A stretch of 64,000 nucleotides of DNA, taken from assembly GCF_009914755.1 (NCBI RefSeq), contig NC_060926.1, one strand, 5' to 3'. The notes under the pieces were generated by a model that was not told the DNA's origin, searched no databases, and was given only the letters and a program-made list of their open reading frames with translations. Position numbers and translations under genes: made by a program. The DNA comes from the human T2T-CHM13v2.0 reference genome, Homo sapiens. Positions within the stretch are counted from its first letter, which is position 1. Every line of letters begins with the position of its first letter. Below, piece by piece: positions 15,243 to 31,914 of this stretch.

Positions 15243-15597
15243 TATACTAATTTGCTAGGGCTACCATAACAAAATACCACAGACTGGGTAGCTTAAATAA
15301 AAATTTAAGCTCATGTTTCTGGAGGCTGGAAGTCTAAGATCAAAGTGCTGACAGGTTCTGTTTCTCCCGAGGCCTCTCTCTTTGGCTGGTGGACAGCCAC
15401 CTTCTTGCTGTCTCCTTTCATGGCCTTTTCTTTGTGTGTGCCTCCCTGTTGTCTCTACCTCTTCTTATATGGACACCAGTCATATTTGATTAGGGTCCCA
15501 CCCTTATAACTTTAACTTTAATTACCCCTTTAAAGGCCCCATCTTCAAATGCAGATTGAAGGGGGTTAGTTTCAATGTATGAATTCAATCCATAACA
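15243..15597 (-). mobile_element. MLT1-type MaLR LTR
   Basis: CTAGGGCTACCATAACAAAATACCACAGACTGGGTAGCTTAA...TTCTGGAGGCTGGAAGTCTAAGATCAA. Confidence 0.8.
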
Positions 15598-16231
15598 GAC
15601 AGGAAAGAGATAGGAGAACAAAATTTTTTTGAAGAAATAATGGCTGAAAATTGTCCAATTTTGATGAAAACTCTAAACCCAGAGATCCAAGAAGCTCAAC
15701 AAACCTAAGCACAAGACACAAGAAGAAAACTATACCATGGCACATGATAAATTGTCCAAAGCCAGAGATAAAGAGAAAAACCTTAAAAGCAGCCAGAAGA
15801 AAAAAAAAAGGTTTATAATGTACAGAATAAACAAGATAAGAATGAAAGTAGAAAGGTAGACTTCTTGTCAGAAACAATGCAAACCAGAAGAAAGTGAAGC
15901 AACATCTTTAAAGTACTGACGGAAAAAAAAATTGTCAACGTAGAATTTTATACCCAGTGAAAACCTCATAAAGACATCTTCAGACATATGAAAGCTAAAA
16001 GCTTTTCACTAGCAAATCTGTACTATAAGAAATGTTAAAGGAAGTCCTTGAGGCAGAAGGAAAATGATATCAGACGGAAATCTAGATTTACACAAAGGAA
16101 AGAAGAGAATCAGAAGTGGCACCTATTTGAGTAGTAATAAAAGACTCTTTTGTTATTTAGAAAAACCTCTTTAAAGTATAATTGACCATTTAAAGCAAAA
16201 ATAATAAGATATTGTGGGACTATAATAAGTA

Positions 16232-17282
16232 CAGTTGACCCTTGAAAAACACGAGTTTAGACTGTGTGACTCCACATACACAGATTTCTAAAAATAAATG
16301 TATTGAAAACATTTTTGGAGATTTGAGACAATTTGAAAAAACAGATGAACTGCATGCATATCTAGAAATATTAAAACAATTAAGAAAAAGGTATATCATG
16401 AATGCATAAAATATATGAAGATACTAAGCCTTTATCATTTACTACCATAAAAAAAAACAAATCTATTATAAAAAGTTACAATTTATATGCACACAAACAC
16501 AGACCATATGTGGTGCCATTTGAAGTCGAGAAAAATGTAAACAAATATAAGAATGCAGTATTAAATCATAGCTGCATAAAATTAACAGCAGTACATACTG
16601 TACTACTGTAATATTTCATTGCCACCTCCTGTTGCTATTGTGAGCTCAAGTATTGGGATTATCTGCTTAAAACACCATGCGACCCTAATCTCCTTATGAG
16701 CAGTTGTCCCTTCAGTAAATTGCATATTGCAGTAAAAAGTGATCTCCCCTGGTTCTTGCGTATTTTTCATCATGTTTAGTACAATACCATGAACCTTGAA
16801 TAACATCATGGGACCCACACAAAGTGCCACTAGTGATGCTGGAAGTGCTCCCAAGAAGCAGAGAAAAGTCATGACATTAAAAGAAAAAGTTGAATGGCTT
16901 GATACATACCACAATTTGCAGTCAGACACTGCAGTTGCCACCATTTCAGACAGATGATATATCTTGTAAATGGATGGTGTGAACTTCCGGTATGGATAAA
17001 TACAGTACAGAACTGACAATGTATGTTCTCTTCTTTATGATTTTCTTAACATTGTCTTTTCTCTTACTTACTGTATTGTAGGAATACAGGGTATAATACA
17101 TATATAAAATACGTGTTAATCAATTGTTTAGGTTATCAGTGAGGCTTCTGGTCAATAGAGGCTATTAGTAGTTAAGTTAGTTAAGCTTGGGAGAAGTCAA
17201 AAGCTATAGGAGAATTTTCTACTGTACAAGACGAAGGGGGAGGGCAGTGCCCCTAACCCTTGCATTGTTCGAGGGTCAACTG
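16232..17282. mobile_element. Tigger2-family DNA transposon (Tigger2b-like deletion derivative, 1051 bp)
   Basis: TIRs CAGTTGACCCTTGAA...TTCGAGGGTCAACTG flanked by TA on both sides; internal GTGCTCCCAAGAAGCAGAGAAAAGTCATGACATTA transposase 5' remnant. Confidence 0.88.
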
Positions 17283-17564
17283 TAATTATAATAAAAATGA
17301 GTTCTGAGTGTTGCTACGGGATTAAGCTGAAGCTGTGAGATAGGGATTGCGACAGCAGTGTTAACTGAAACTGCTTATTTCCTCAGAGAGCTTACAAGGT
17401 CAAACCATTTCTTACTTTTTCTGCATTAATTTGATCACAAAGTAAGATGATTACTGCTTTATCTGATTTTTACCACTTGTGGTCTTAGTATAGTAATATC
17501 TAAGCTCACAATTCCTCCGGGTATAAGATCACTTTATAGTATAAAGATCCCTTTAGTCTGTCTG

Positions 17565-17873
17565 GATTGAGTGTGGTGGCTCACGCCTGTAATGTTAGCA
17601 CATTGGGAGGCCGAGGCGGGCTGATGGCTTGAGCCCAGGAGTTTGAGACCAGACTGGGAAACATGGTGAAACCCTGTCTGTACGAAAAATGCAAACAATC
17701 AGCCAGGTGTGCTGGCACGTGCCCATAGTCCCAGCTACTCAGCAGGCTGAGATGAAAGGACACCTGAGCCCAGGGAGGTCAAGGCTGCAGTGAGCCATGA
17801 TGGCGCCACTGCACTCCAGCCTGGACAACAGGGTGAGACTCCATCTCAAAAACAAAAACAAAAACAAAAAAAG
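17565..17873 (+). mobile_element. AluJ-type element
   Basis: GCTTGAGCCCAGGAGTTTGAGACC...GAGGTCAAGGCTGCAGTGAGCCATGAT. Confidence 0.88.
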
Positions 17874-19472
17874 CCTGTCTGGGCAGACTGGCGGGGGTCA
17901 GAGTCCTGTCTTTACTAATTTCAAAAATAGTCATTTAAAATAAGTTTAGACTTAGCTTCTGACACAACTTGGATAGAACTCTCCTTTTTTGGGAAAATTA
18001 GGAAGAAGATGAGGTAAAAGTGTCTCCTTAAAAGTCAGAGGCAGAAATTTAACCGGGGGATCATAGATGCACATAGCTAACTCGATAGGCCCTTTCTCTA
18101 CCAGCTCGAGGTAGAGAAACACAAGAAAAACTCAACACCATAGGTTGTGTCATAAATAGGATAACGGGTTTGGGTTTGTAAAATCGTCTGGATATTTCCT
18201 TATTCCCACATTTCCTTACTCCTCCTTATTAAAAACACCACTTTGGGTCACTTTTTAATAGATTTATTTTATTTATTTATTTTTTTCAGTAATATACTTC
18301 TCCAGTAGAAGGCCAACGCCTTGATGGCAGGGCAGCTGCTTTGGGTTTGGAAAGTACAAGAACTAGTCTCTGGTAGGTGTGGCACAATGGAGAAGGAGGA
18401 ACCATGCTTTATATTCATGCAAACATAAATCAGTGAAAAGCAATTGCCTGTAGGGATCAGGCCTGAGGGTGGGAGAGCAGCTGGGCAGAGATCAGCTACC
18501 ATCTGGTATGATGACCTACATTTATTAATAGGAAAATGCGCATATTATGTCGTTGAGTAAAACAACAGGTAACAAGATAGTGTGTAGTGTGCAAAGATAA
18601 ATACTTGACAAGCTGTGCTGTGGTGTGATTTTAGATTGATTTCATTTTTTTTGTTTGTTCATTTTCATGTTCTACTTTTTTTTTTTTTTTAACACAAGAT
18701 ACATGTTTTACTTACTAAACTAGGGGGAAATAATACGAGTTTTTAAAAAATTGAATAAGATTCTGGACCCTCACTGAGAATTCAGATACTCAAGAGACTT
18801 TTCAAAATTCTCACCTGTCTTCAGTGGCTTAGGGTGTTCTTACTTGGGGGACAGGGATTCGGGCACAGTCCCTTCAGTAGAAAATTAGCCACTCTTCAAA
18901 CAGCCTGTGCACCTCTTGAAAGTACCAGGCTAAGGCATCCTCCAGAAACCAACACAGAAGTACAACAAACGTTTCTCAAGAACATTGGAAACAAGCTAAT
19001 GGCCCAATATCATGTGATTTTTAAAGTAAATTATGGGACCGCCAGATAATTGGAATATTTGCAGCCATTAAAATCTATGGTTTATAAGAATATTTAATAA
19101 CATGAGAAAATGCTCAAATTGTAACATTAAATTTAAAAAGTCATATGTGGTGTTATGCTATTTGAAAAGAGAATTATATATGCAATTTAATTTCCAAAAG
19201 GAAATAGACCCAAATGTTAATAAATGTTATCCCTGGGTAATAAAAATATAAATAATTTCAGTTTCTTTACCCCTTTCTCTAATTTCAAAAATTCCTACCA
19301 TGACTTAGTTTTATAATTGGAACACAAAATGTTATTATTATAATTATTTTAAAAGAAGTTGGCTTATAGAACTGGAGAGAGGTTCATGACAGGCTCTAAA
19401 GCAGACAGCGTAGGTAAAAATCCTGGCTCCGACAAGTCAGCAAGCCACTGTCCCTCTCTGTGGCTCAATTTC

Positions 19473-19782
19473 CTTTTTCTTTTTCTTTTTCTTTTTTTGA
19501 GACAGAGTCTTGCTCTGTTGCCTAGGCTACAGTGCAGTGGCATTATCATGGCTCACTGTAAGCCTTGACCTCCCAGGCTCAAGCAGTCCTTCTGCCTCAG
19601 CCTCCCAAGCAGCTGGGACTATAGGCACAGGCCACCATGCCTGGCTAATTCTTTAAATTTTTTGCAGAGACAGGGTCTCACATTTTTGCCCAGGCTGGTC
19701 TCAATCTCCTGGCCTCAAGGGATCTTTCCACTTTGGCTTCCCAAAATGTTGGGAATACAGACATGAGCCATTGTACCTGGCC
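19473..19782 (-). mobile_element. AluJ-type element inserted in a MIR (~19380-19900)
   Basis: antisense Alu with TSD AATTTCCTT; MIR core AAAATAGAGATAATGATAGTACCTA after it. Confidence 0.85.
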
Positions 19783-20368
19783 TAATTTCCTTATCTTAAA
19801 ATAGAGATAATGATAGTACCTATTTCATAGGATGACTATAAGATTAAATGAATCAATTCATAATAAAGTGCTTAAAATAGTGCCTGGCTTATAGTAAACG
19901 CCTCCCAAAGTTATTATGATTGCTATTATTATTATTGTAGGTCGAAAGTTCTAGCCTCCTACCTATTCATAAGTTTAGCTTTTCAATAAAAGCTGTTTTC
20001 TAAACATAATCACAGACCTCCAAGATAAAGTGGAGCCTATATACAGTATTTATTGCAAAAAACTCTTAATAATTTCCTTTTGGATCAGGTATTTAGCTTG
20101 CTGAATTAGGCAATGAAGAGTAAACTAGTTAGAGAGCCAGCCTGTGGTTGCTTTTTTCTTTCTCTCTGGCCTTGATGCTCTAGATGTGATCACTGAGTTA
20201 TACCTGTTTATTCCAATAACAGAGGAGTAAAGAAGAGCTCTCTAAATTTTTCCTTGGTGCACTCCAAATTTATAGTTGTATCTCACCTCTCAGAATTTGG
20301 GTCCAAATTTGGGTGAAAAGTCAATGCTCAAGATCACACAACTAATAAGAAGTAGATCTGGGATTTGA

Positions 20369-20696
<328 letters not shown>

Positions 20697-20715
20697 ACCA
20701 CACTTTACTGCTTAA

Positions 20716-21018
<303 letters not shown>

Positions 21019-23561
21019 TAACCTACATCTTATGACACTTTCCAAATGAAAGAAGAAAAACTTCAAGAGGACCATTTTATCTATCAAAACCCAGTAGTGG
21101 GAGATAGAGAGGATCAGTTTATTTTCCACTTCTCACTCCTAAATCTCATCAGCACAAAACAAATAAAGATCTAGCATGGCATCAGTGCAAAGATCAGCTC
21201 CTGACTCTAAAACAGAGCACAGAGCAGAAGGAAACTGTTTGCTTCATAAAACCAAGAATGGGTTATAAGTGAGGCCCCAAGTGCACCATGAATTGGGCTA
21301 GAAATCTGAATCCCAGTGTCATTATTTCAGGGAAACAGAGCTTCTCAGATGAGCAACTACTCTGGGTGAATGCTTGGGAAGCAACTGGTAACCTGGTGCT
21401 CTGAGAGCCTTGGGGTTTGGCCAGCTCCTATAGCATGAATGGTCTGTGCTGTCAATTCCTATCTCTCTGTCATCTGTATCCCTGCCTATCTAGTAGTGAT
21501 CTCTTTCACCTGTGTTGCTCCTGCTTAAAAACTAGAATGCCACAACCTCTTCAAAGCCTGCCCCTACCCTCTGGGGACAGTGAACCATTCTCTCCTCTAC
21601 TGAGCTCACTGGCTCTGGGCATTTTCCTCCATGGCATTCCTTTTCGCTGTGGATTGATGCTTTCTGTCCTCTCACACCCCAATGAACACCTTGAGGTCAA
21701 AGCATACAACCCTTTTTAGAAAAAAATTCTTTTAGGATTGATGGAAATGCATTGAGATGATGGAGGTAAAATGATGGACAGTGCCTGGTGCACAATAGGT
21801 GCTCAATAACTGTTCTTCCACTTTATTGGTTCTCCCACTTAGTGTTCCCAGCACTCAGTGTGATTCCTCAAAGGCCATGGTTACTAAACAGATTTTTCGT
21901 GACTAAATAAATAAGTAAATAAATGAACACATTCTACCTCCTGCCTCAAGGGCAGGTGTCATGTCTCCTGCTGAGCTCCAGGAATATCTCCTTATTTTCA
22001 TTTATATCTCTGAAATATGTGTAACAACACTGGTCACATGGCTGGGTATAGTAAATAACTTAATTGATTTTCTTTTGTTGCAAAAGATGTTGGTAGATTG
22101 AAATTTTACCTCTAAGGCATCTATAGGAAAGATGTGTTCTCCTATCTGTTTCATTTTGAGTAGAGTGAGATTGCCAGGGGTCTTATATACACAGCTTTAG
22201 GTCTAAGAAAACTTTAGCTTAACCCACTTGCCAATTAGAGGGTTGTTTTCCTTTCTTGATTTCTTTCTAAACAGTCAATAACTAATACAAACTCTAGAAG
22301 AATAAGCTCTCCAAAAGTGAGGACCCTGGTGAAATCCAAACATTTACTGCTATGATCCTAAGTAAGGGCAGGGAAGTCTCATTTATTTCCATATCCCTAG
22401 TGCCAGCCTAGTATTTAATGCATAGTAGAGACTCAAAAAATATTTCTTTGATAAATGAAGTTGCTTTTAAGGCAGTAAAGAGAAGTAAATTTATTAAATC
22501 TGCAGTGTAATTTTGTGATTATCTATGGCTTTAGAGTCACACAGTACAGAGATGAAAAAATAATAATTTGCCTATCTGGATAGAATCGTACAATTGAAAA
22601 AAGTGTTTTATCATGTATCGTATAGTATTATTTACATACCATTCATTGAGCCTCTAGTGTATAATAGGTGCTTTAAATATCATTGTATCTAATCCTGACA
22701 ATGCATCTTGAAATGTTATTATAATGTCCATTTTACAGGTGGAAAAAACAAGCTTAGAGGGGCTAAATGATTTGCCCAAGGCCACAAACTAGTATTGGTC
22801 CCCACATTAAAATGTGAGCTTCATGTAGGCAGCATCTGGCACCAAGAATAGCGCCTGGCATATAGTAGATGCTAAATAAAGATTTGTTGAAGAATGAACC
22901 AGATCTGGCTGACTCCAAAGCCGTCATTCTTTTCATGACGTTATTTGCTACTCTGTAAACTGTCTTTTGAAGTATCAGAGCAAGTGGCACACTTCTTTAC
23001 ATCCATGAGGACCTGAGGTCCAGGGAAATGAAGTTAATTTTTCTACATTGCACAAGAGTGGCTGGGCCAGGAGTGGAACTCAAGTTTTCTGATAGTATTA
23101 TTTTCTTTTTTCTAGTCTGCATGGAGACCATGAGGCAGAGATAGGTTGTGGGCCACTTCCTTTCCTCAGGAAAGTTCAGGGGTCTGGCCTGGGGAGGAAC
23201 ATTTCAGAAGGAGTTATATCCAAAACTTTCTACCTAGAAAAGTGATTCAATGCTGGAGGAAAGTTATTTCCCCTGATAGAAGGATGGACTACTGGGGGAT
23301 ACTTTCTTATTCACAACACCAGAATCTGATGTTTTGAGACAGGGCTAGTCCTGTGGTGAAGTCTAACCAGGCAGCTGAAACCTGATAGTGGCTACTTCAT
23401 CACACAATTTTATTTCTCCTAATCATATCACTTAAAATGATCACAGGCCTTTAACTTTTTAAGGAAGAAATTGGTGTTAAATTATACATCTTAAAGTCAT
23501 TATGGTTTTTTTGGCCAAATAAACCCTTTCTTCTGTTTTTTTCATTGCATTTTTAATATCA

Positions 23562-23878
<317 letters not shown>

Positions 23879-26800
23879 GGCTATGAACATCCTACTGTTA
23901 GTAGTAGTTTGTAGCTATGGCAACTCATATATCTATTTGTTAAGTACCCAACTAGTTGTGTCTCTATGCTAGGTGTACAGTTAAATAAGTAAGTAAATAT
24001 ATACATAAATAAATAACTACAAATTTACAATATTCCATACAGCATTAAGGAGACCACATAAAATTGAACAAACATATACCAGGCCCAGAACCAAATTAAC
24101 CTACTATCTGAGATCATGTGCAATGAAGTCATCATAGCTACACAGGACAAGAGACTAGACCATCTAAAAGTCATTTCTTCCTTGCTTTCAAGTTCTCCAT
24201 CCTTCCTTTCTTTTTCCATTTGTTTGTTTTTAATCTTTGAGTATTTTGCCTGTTAATCTTTTCAAATCATCAAAGTCTGAGTGAAGATAAACCAGAGCCT
24301 TTTCTAGTTACACCCACCTCAGGAATCCCCAAACCTAAACTCCCAGCAATAGCTTGCAGAAAAGCCATACAAACCATTCCTGGTTGGGAAAGAAGTCATC
24401 CTCATCAGCAGCTCATATGCTGACAAAGCCCAGCAAAGATTACATGTGGCCATAATAACTGCATGGATATGCTTCTCACAGCTGACATGTCTCTGCCTTC
24501 CTGGATTCTCACACTGTGTCCAGTACATGCCCTGGCAAAACTCTCTCCAAAGACACCAGAGTACTGGAGCTAGGTTTTCCTTGTCTCTTGTTCCTCCCCT
24601 CATCTCCACACTTAATAACTCCACATTGCACAGTGGAACACTTGGCAAGGCAAGAAAGAAGTCAAGCCTGGATGCTAGGGGCAGCTCCTGTCATGAGAAG
24701 GATCCATGACTGTCTCTTGCCCTTTTCTCTCCTCCTCAGCACACTTCTGCTTTCCCCTAATTTTTCCATCTTATACATATTTTATTGTTTTCTAAATATA
24801 GACATCCTAAAATCTCCGTGGAAAGACATCTATTGAAACCAGAGTGATAGCAAGTAATGTGCCCAGCAGGCAAATCGCAAAACAAATAGAGGGTGCACTC
24901 AGCACTTTTTTCTTCTGCTGCACAAAAGAACCCAAATAAGGCTCCTGGAACCATGGGTTGAGTAATCAAGTCCTTTTCCTGGATGTACAACAGCACAGCT
25001 TTGGGAGATAACTAATTCAGCTCGTGTAATTGTACACCCGTCTAGAAGAGGAAAAGGAAGCACAAAAAGAGAGAAAAGGAGAACAGGCCAAACTTTTAAT
25101 GGCTTGCCCTCCTTCTGCACCTGCCATGACTTGCAAGCAGAATATTGTGTCCCAGCTGGCCACTTGTCCTGAATCTGAGACCCCAAGATACCCATTGCCC
25201 TTGGAATTAAAGAATTATAAATGGAATTTTTGCACCTGCAAATTTAAAAAAGAAAAAAAGATAGTGAGAAAACTTGGAAAGGTCCCTTGAAACATTTCTA
25301 TCACCCTTGTCAGGCTGTGTTTACTGCCCCTGGTGAATGCTAACCAGACACATGAGTAAGGACTCTTGAGGACCATTTAGCTGTTTTACTGAAATTAATT
25401 TTGGTTCCTACAGATTAACCATAAAGACATGCACTGGCTGCAGGTGTGCCAAAGCCAGCATTCGGAGAAAATCCAGCAAATTTTGTGGAGATAGTTAATG
25501 ACTCCTGCAAAATTAATTTAAATTGAAATAGGATAAGAACATATGGAAAGAATCAATCACTCCTCATTTTGAATGAATGTTATTTTAGCATGCATAGACT
25601 TCTGATATAATTTTCCTCCTTTCCCTTAAGGGTCAAGAAGTACTCAAACACTAAGTCTTTTCGCAAAAGAGAAGATTTTTTTTTTTTTCTCCAAGAAAGA
25701 GGAGAAACGTGTTTCATAAATCTTTTTACTTGTCTAATGCGGAAATTTACATCTGGGGCTCCATAGACACTGCTCAAAGCCCTCTCAGAAAACACAACTC
25801 TGCTCTTGGGGTAATTATGCTTTCCTAGTGTCTGGACAGTGGCTCTGGCTTCCATTTAGAATAAGATCTGGGCCCACTTGTTATGCATGTCCACATTAAC
25901 TGGACAAGTCATAGAATTTAAATGTGATATGAGGCGAAAACACAGAGGCAATAGCAATAGAATAGGATTAGAAAAGTCTTTTTCAAGTGTTTGGAAGGCA
26001 ATTACTATGTTAAAATCCCACAGCCACGTGTTCACACTCTTGTACCCCCATTCCATGTGCAAAGCCATCTCCAGAGTTCTCTCTCCAGGGGAGTGAAACA
26101 GCGGCAGGCACACCCATCGTAAGCGGGGGCTCCCCCAGCATTAGTGCCACCCATGACGTTTCTTCTCCAAGACCTTCTTCTAATCCCATTTATAGTTTAT
26201 TTACCCAAGTTATTTACACTTTGTTCCAGAAAATAGTTAAGACAACATTAATAATATAAATCCTCATCCACATCAATCACAGATATCAACTGTCTAGTCT
26301 TTACTTATTCTTCATTCAACAAATATAGATTATGGTTTTGTGCCGTATCAGGTATTATTTTAGGCACAGGGCAGGAGAGAATATAAAGAAGAAGAAAAAC
26401 TAGTCCCCTTATTCTTGAGGACGATATAATTTAGGGGTCAAATGGATGCATAAACTTCTAAATAAAAACATAGCAACATTGTTCATGCAAAAATCATCTA
26501 CTAATATTTTTCTCTCTTTTCACTTTGCATTTATTTTCACATATATTTATTGAAAACCTATTATGTGTCAGGCAGTATGCTAAGAATTGGGGATATAACT
26601 CTGGATACAAAAATCCAAAGAAGAATTTCAAAACAACATTCCACAATTCCAGGGACAGCAGGAAAGAAGTCACAAGACATCTATTTGTAATGTTTGTGCC
26701 AATGGAGATGGAGCAGAGAACTGAGAAATTTTTTTAAAAAAGTCATTTCTATGTGGGTTGGGAAGAAATCCTAAATTTTGTGGAAAGCAAGGAAATAGGG

Positions 26801-27608
26801 AGTGGTAAGGAACTAATGACTGCCTAGTTCAGCTTTCCTTAGGCTAATGTTACAATTAATCCCTGTTCCCTGAGCATTCATCATTCTGGGGAGTGGGGGG
26901 CAGATGGTGGAGGATTAAATCCAGATTCCAGCAGTTGGGGGGCCAAGCATTAATTGTATAAAATTCACAAAAGAGGTCACCTGGAATTGGCTGTATAAAT
27001 AATTAAAAAGTAGGGAAAAAGGGGAACATGAGATAGCCAGAAAAGAAAGTCTTTGAGAGAAAAGGAAAGCTGGAGGAAGATACAATAAAAGACAAAATGA
27101 GACAGTAACAGGTCAAAAGGGTAGTATCTTTCCTCTGGTCCTGCTGACTAGAATCCTGGTTCAAATCCTTGGCCAACTAATTGGTGTAATCATTAGTTTA
27201 TGTGCTCCATCTGCCTAGCATCCCTAGAGGACTGTGACCGTGTTCTGGTCATCCGTGTCTCCAAATCTCAGCACAGTGTCTGGCCCAGAGTTGGCCTTCA
27301 GTAAGTGCTGCTTAAATAGATTTTTTTTTAAAAAAGTGAATCATGTGAAAGAGAAGATAGAAATAAGTTAAACACACACGTATGAGGAGCTCTTCAAAAA
27401 AATTCATGGAAAATGTGTATTATCAAAAAACTATGCAGAGAATTCAAAATGTTTGCACTAAAATAAACTCATACTAATTTGTTATGGCATGTCTGAACAG
27501 GATCTAGTTTGGGGCACTAAGAAGGATAAGACATCAGTCTGAGAAGAGCCCCCATCAGAGCAACATGAATTCTGCTATTAATAAAATTGAAGCAAGAACT
27601 AATGTTAA

Positions 27609-27911
27609 GGCTGGGCACAGTGGCTCACATATGTAAACCCAGCACTTTGGGAGGCTGAGGTGGGCGGATCACCTGAGGTCAGGAGATCCAGACCAGCCTG
27701 GCCAACATGGCGAAACCCCGTCTCTACTAAAAATACAAAAATTAGTAGGACATGGTGGCACACACCTGTAATCCCAGGTACTCGGGAGGCTGAGGCAGGA
27801 GAATTGCTTGAACCCAGGAGGTGGAGGTCACAGTGTGCTGAGATAGCGCTACTGTGCTCCTGCTTGGGACAGAGCAAGACTCTGTCTAAAAAAAAAAAAA
27901 CAAAAAAAAAA
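27609..27911 (+). mobile_element. AluS inside HSMAR2
   Basis: full Alu with A tail. Confidence 0.9.
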
Positions 27912-28156
27912 CCAACATCAAATTTATGGTTTGTGTAGAAAAATAGTGAAATCATTGATGCTTTACAAAAAGTTTATGGAAACAATGTCCCAAAGAGATC
28001 AGTAGGGGTCTTTCTATGTTGCCCAAGCTGGTCTTGAACTCCTGGACACAAGCAATACTTCTGCCCCGGCCTCCCAAAGTGCTGGGATTACAGGGTGAGC
28101 CACCGTGCCCAGCCCTGAAATTCTTTCTGTTTCATAATCTTAAAAAGTCTTTAGCT

Positions 28157-28450
28157 GAGCCTGGTGTCTTACACCTGTAATTCCAACACTTTGGGATGCT
28201 GAGGGGGAAGGATTGCTTAAGGCCAGGAGTTCGAGACCAGCCTGAGCAACATAGTGAGACCTCATTTCTACTACAAATTTAACAAATTAGCTGGGTGTGG
28301 CAGCATGCACCTGTACTCCTAACTACTTGAGAGGCTGAGGCAGGAGGACTGCTTGAGCCCAGAAGTTCAAGGTTGCAGTAAGCTATGATCTCACCACTGC
28401 ACTCCAGCCTGGCAACAGAGTAAGACCCTGCTTCTAAAAATAAAAATTAA
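28157..28450 (+). mobile_element. AluJ inside HSMAR2
   Basis: diverged dimeric Alu. Confidence 0.85.
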
Positions 28451-28509
28451 AAATATCCTTTACAGTGCATCCATTTTTCTTCAGTTGACAATGCAAAAAA
28501 GATTGCCCT

Positions 28510-28890
<381 letters not shown>

Positions 28891-29310
28891 TCATTGTTTA
28901 CAAAAGTGTCTTCGACTTGATGAAGCTTATGTTGAAAAATAAAGCTTATATTTTTCATTTTTATCTTTTAATTTAATAATCTTCCATGAACTTTTTGAAG
29001 TCCCTTCTATTCTGTACACAGGAGGCTTCAGTTACATCCCCTAAGTTTTGGTATGTTGTGTCTTCATTTTTCCTCTTTTCAAAGTACTTTTTGCCTCTCA
29101 AATTATTTTCTAATTTCTCTTTTGATTTCTTCTTTGTTCTTTGACCCATGGGTTATTTAGGAGTATATTGTTTAATTTCCACACATTGTGTTTCCCAGCA
29201 TTTCCACAGGGAAATGACAATGTTAAACTGGGAGGCCCAAGAAGAACACCATTTGGAGAGGACAGGACTAGATTAGAATGAGCAAAAGGTTTCCTGGTGA
29301 CCTCTGCTAA

Positions 29311-29739
<429 letters not shown>

Positions 29740-29977
29740 TAGCGTGTAGGAGAATTGGAATTCCAGGCAGGTGATAGGGCAAGATGGTTAGGAGGATAGG
29801 TTCAAATCTTCATTCTGCCATTTTTGGGCTGGGTGATCTTTGGAAAGGTACTTAATTTCTCTAGGTCTCAACTCATTTGTAAATTGGGATAATAGTACCT
29901 ACCTCATAAGATTATTGTAATAGTAAAAATAATTCACATAACCCAGCACCGTGGGAAGCTTTCAAAAAATGTTAGCC

Positions 29978-30438
<461 letters not shown>

Positions 30439-31303
30439 TTACCCTCTCTGCATCTCGGTGTCCTTGTCTTTCAAAGGGGCCCTCACAAGGTGATTGTGAG
30501 TAGATGAATGAATATGGGTAAAGCTCAAATAGTCCCTGACCCATGCTAAGTAGAGACCCCATCCCTACACTGATGAAATTTAAATTCTTGCTAGGGAAAC
30601 AGGCGAAAACCAATAAAGAGGTAATTATGTAAAACAGTTACCAATTGTGATAAGTGCTATGAAGGCTGAAATAAGGCTTAAAGAGAGAATGGGGAGGGGA
30701 ACCTACTTAAGTGATTAGGTGGTCAGGGAAGCCTTTCCCAAGGAGGAAACATTTCAGCTAAAAGCTAAAGGATAAAAAGGATAAATAGAACTAAGGAACA
30801 TCTTAATCTCAGCCTTACCAAGAGCTGAAGGAAATATCTTCAAGGCATAGGGAACATCAAATGCAAATAGCCAGAAATGCATTTCAGATTGAATTCCTAC
30901 AGTATCCGCTATTGTAGAATTCCTTAACATGAATGTATCATTTTTACATAAACATGATAGCAAGTGAGATACATGATGAGACATGAACACGTGTCAAATA
31001 CACATTCCTGAACATTGCTCAGCATTTAATTGACCTGTGCCCATGTGTTACAATGGTATACAAATGTGTGCAATTTTATATAAACGGACACGTGTAGACC
31101 TGAATTTTTCTAAAAGACTAATGCAGACCTAAAAATTAATTAGTGACACGTTTAAGATATTCAATTAATGGATAAGCAGAGACTGACTAGAAAAATTAAA
31201 AGAATAAAAAATGATGTTCAAATAAAAGCACAAAAGAGACAGGAGGAACTCTTGTTTTTAGGCTTGCACAAAAATTCACCTGGCAGCACAAGTTGACGTG
31301 TGA

Positions 31304-31682
<379 letters not shown>

Positions 31683-31914
31683 CTCAAGGACAGTATTTTA
31701 ATAGTTAGAAATATACATATTTAGAACAAGAAAGAAATGTCTGTGGAACCCCTAACATAATTTCACTAAACTCTTCAGTGTCACAGAACAGTTTGAAAAG
31801 CACTACTGCAAAATAATTCCAGATGGGAAAAAGTTAATTTTCCACCGTCCTCCATTCTCTCCTTAGTGACTAGTTTCGTTTCATTCATTCACTGAACAAA
31901 TGTACTGAGCTCTG

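Larger units (their letters stand above)
14409..16229 (+). mobile_element. old L1M ORF1-region fragment, interrupted by the SMIM26 retrocopy and an MLT1 LTR
   Basis: TTTGAAGACACAGCAATAGAAA, TTTGAAGAAATAATGGCTGAAAATTGTCCAA, CCTTAAAAGCAGCCAGAAG, CAACATCTTTAAAGTACTG. Confidence 0.75.

Noticed and set aside
16603-17019. 138-aa minus-strand ORF
   Set aside because: Antisense to the Tigger2 transposase remnant; non-autonomous element
25883-25911. Possible p53 response element (ATGCATGTCC...GGACAAGTCA)
   Set aside because: Both half-sites mismatched and 9-bp spacer; expected by chance
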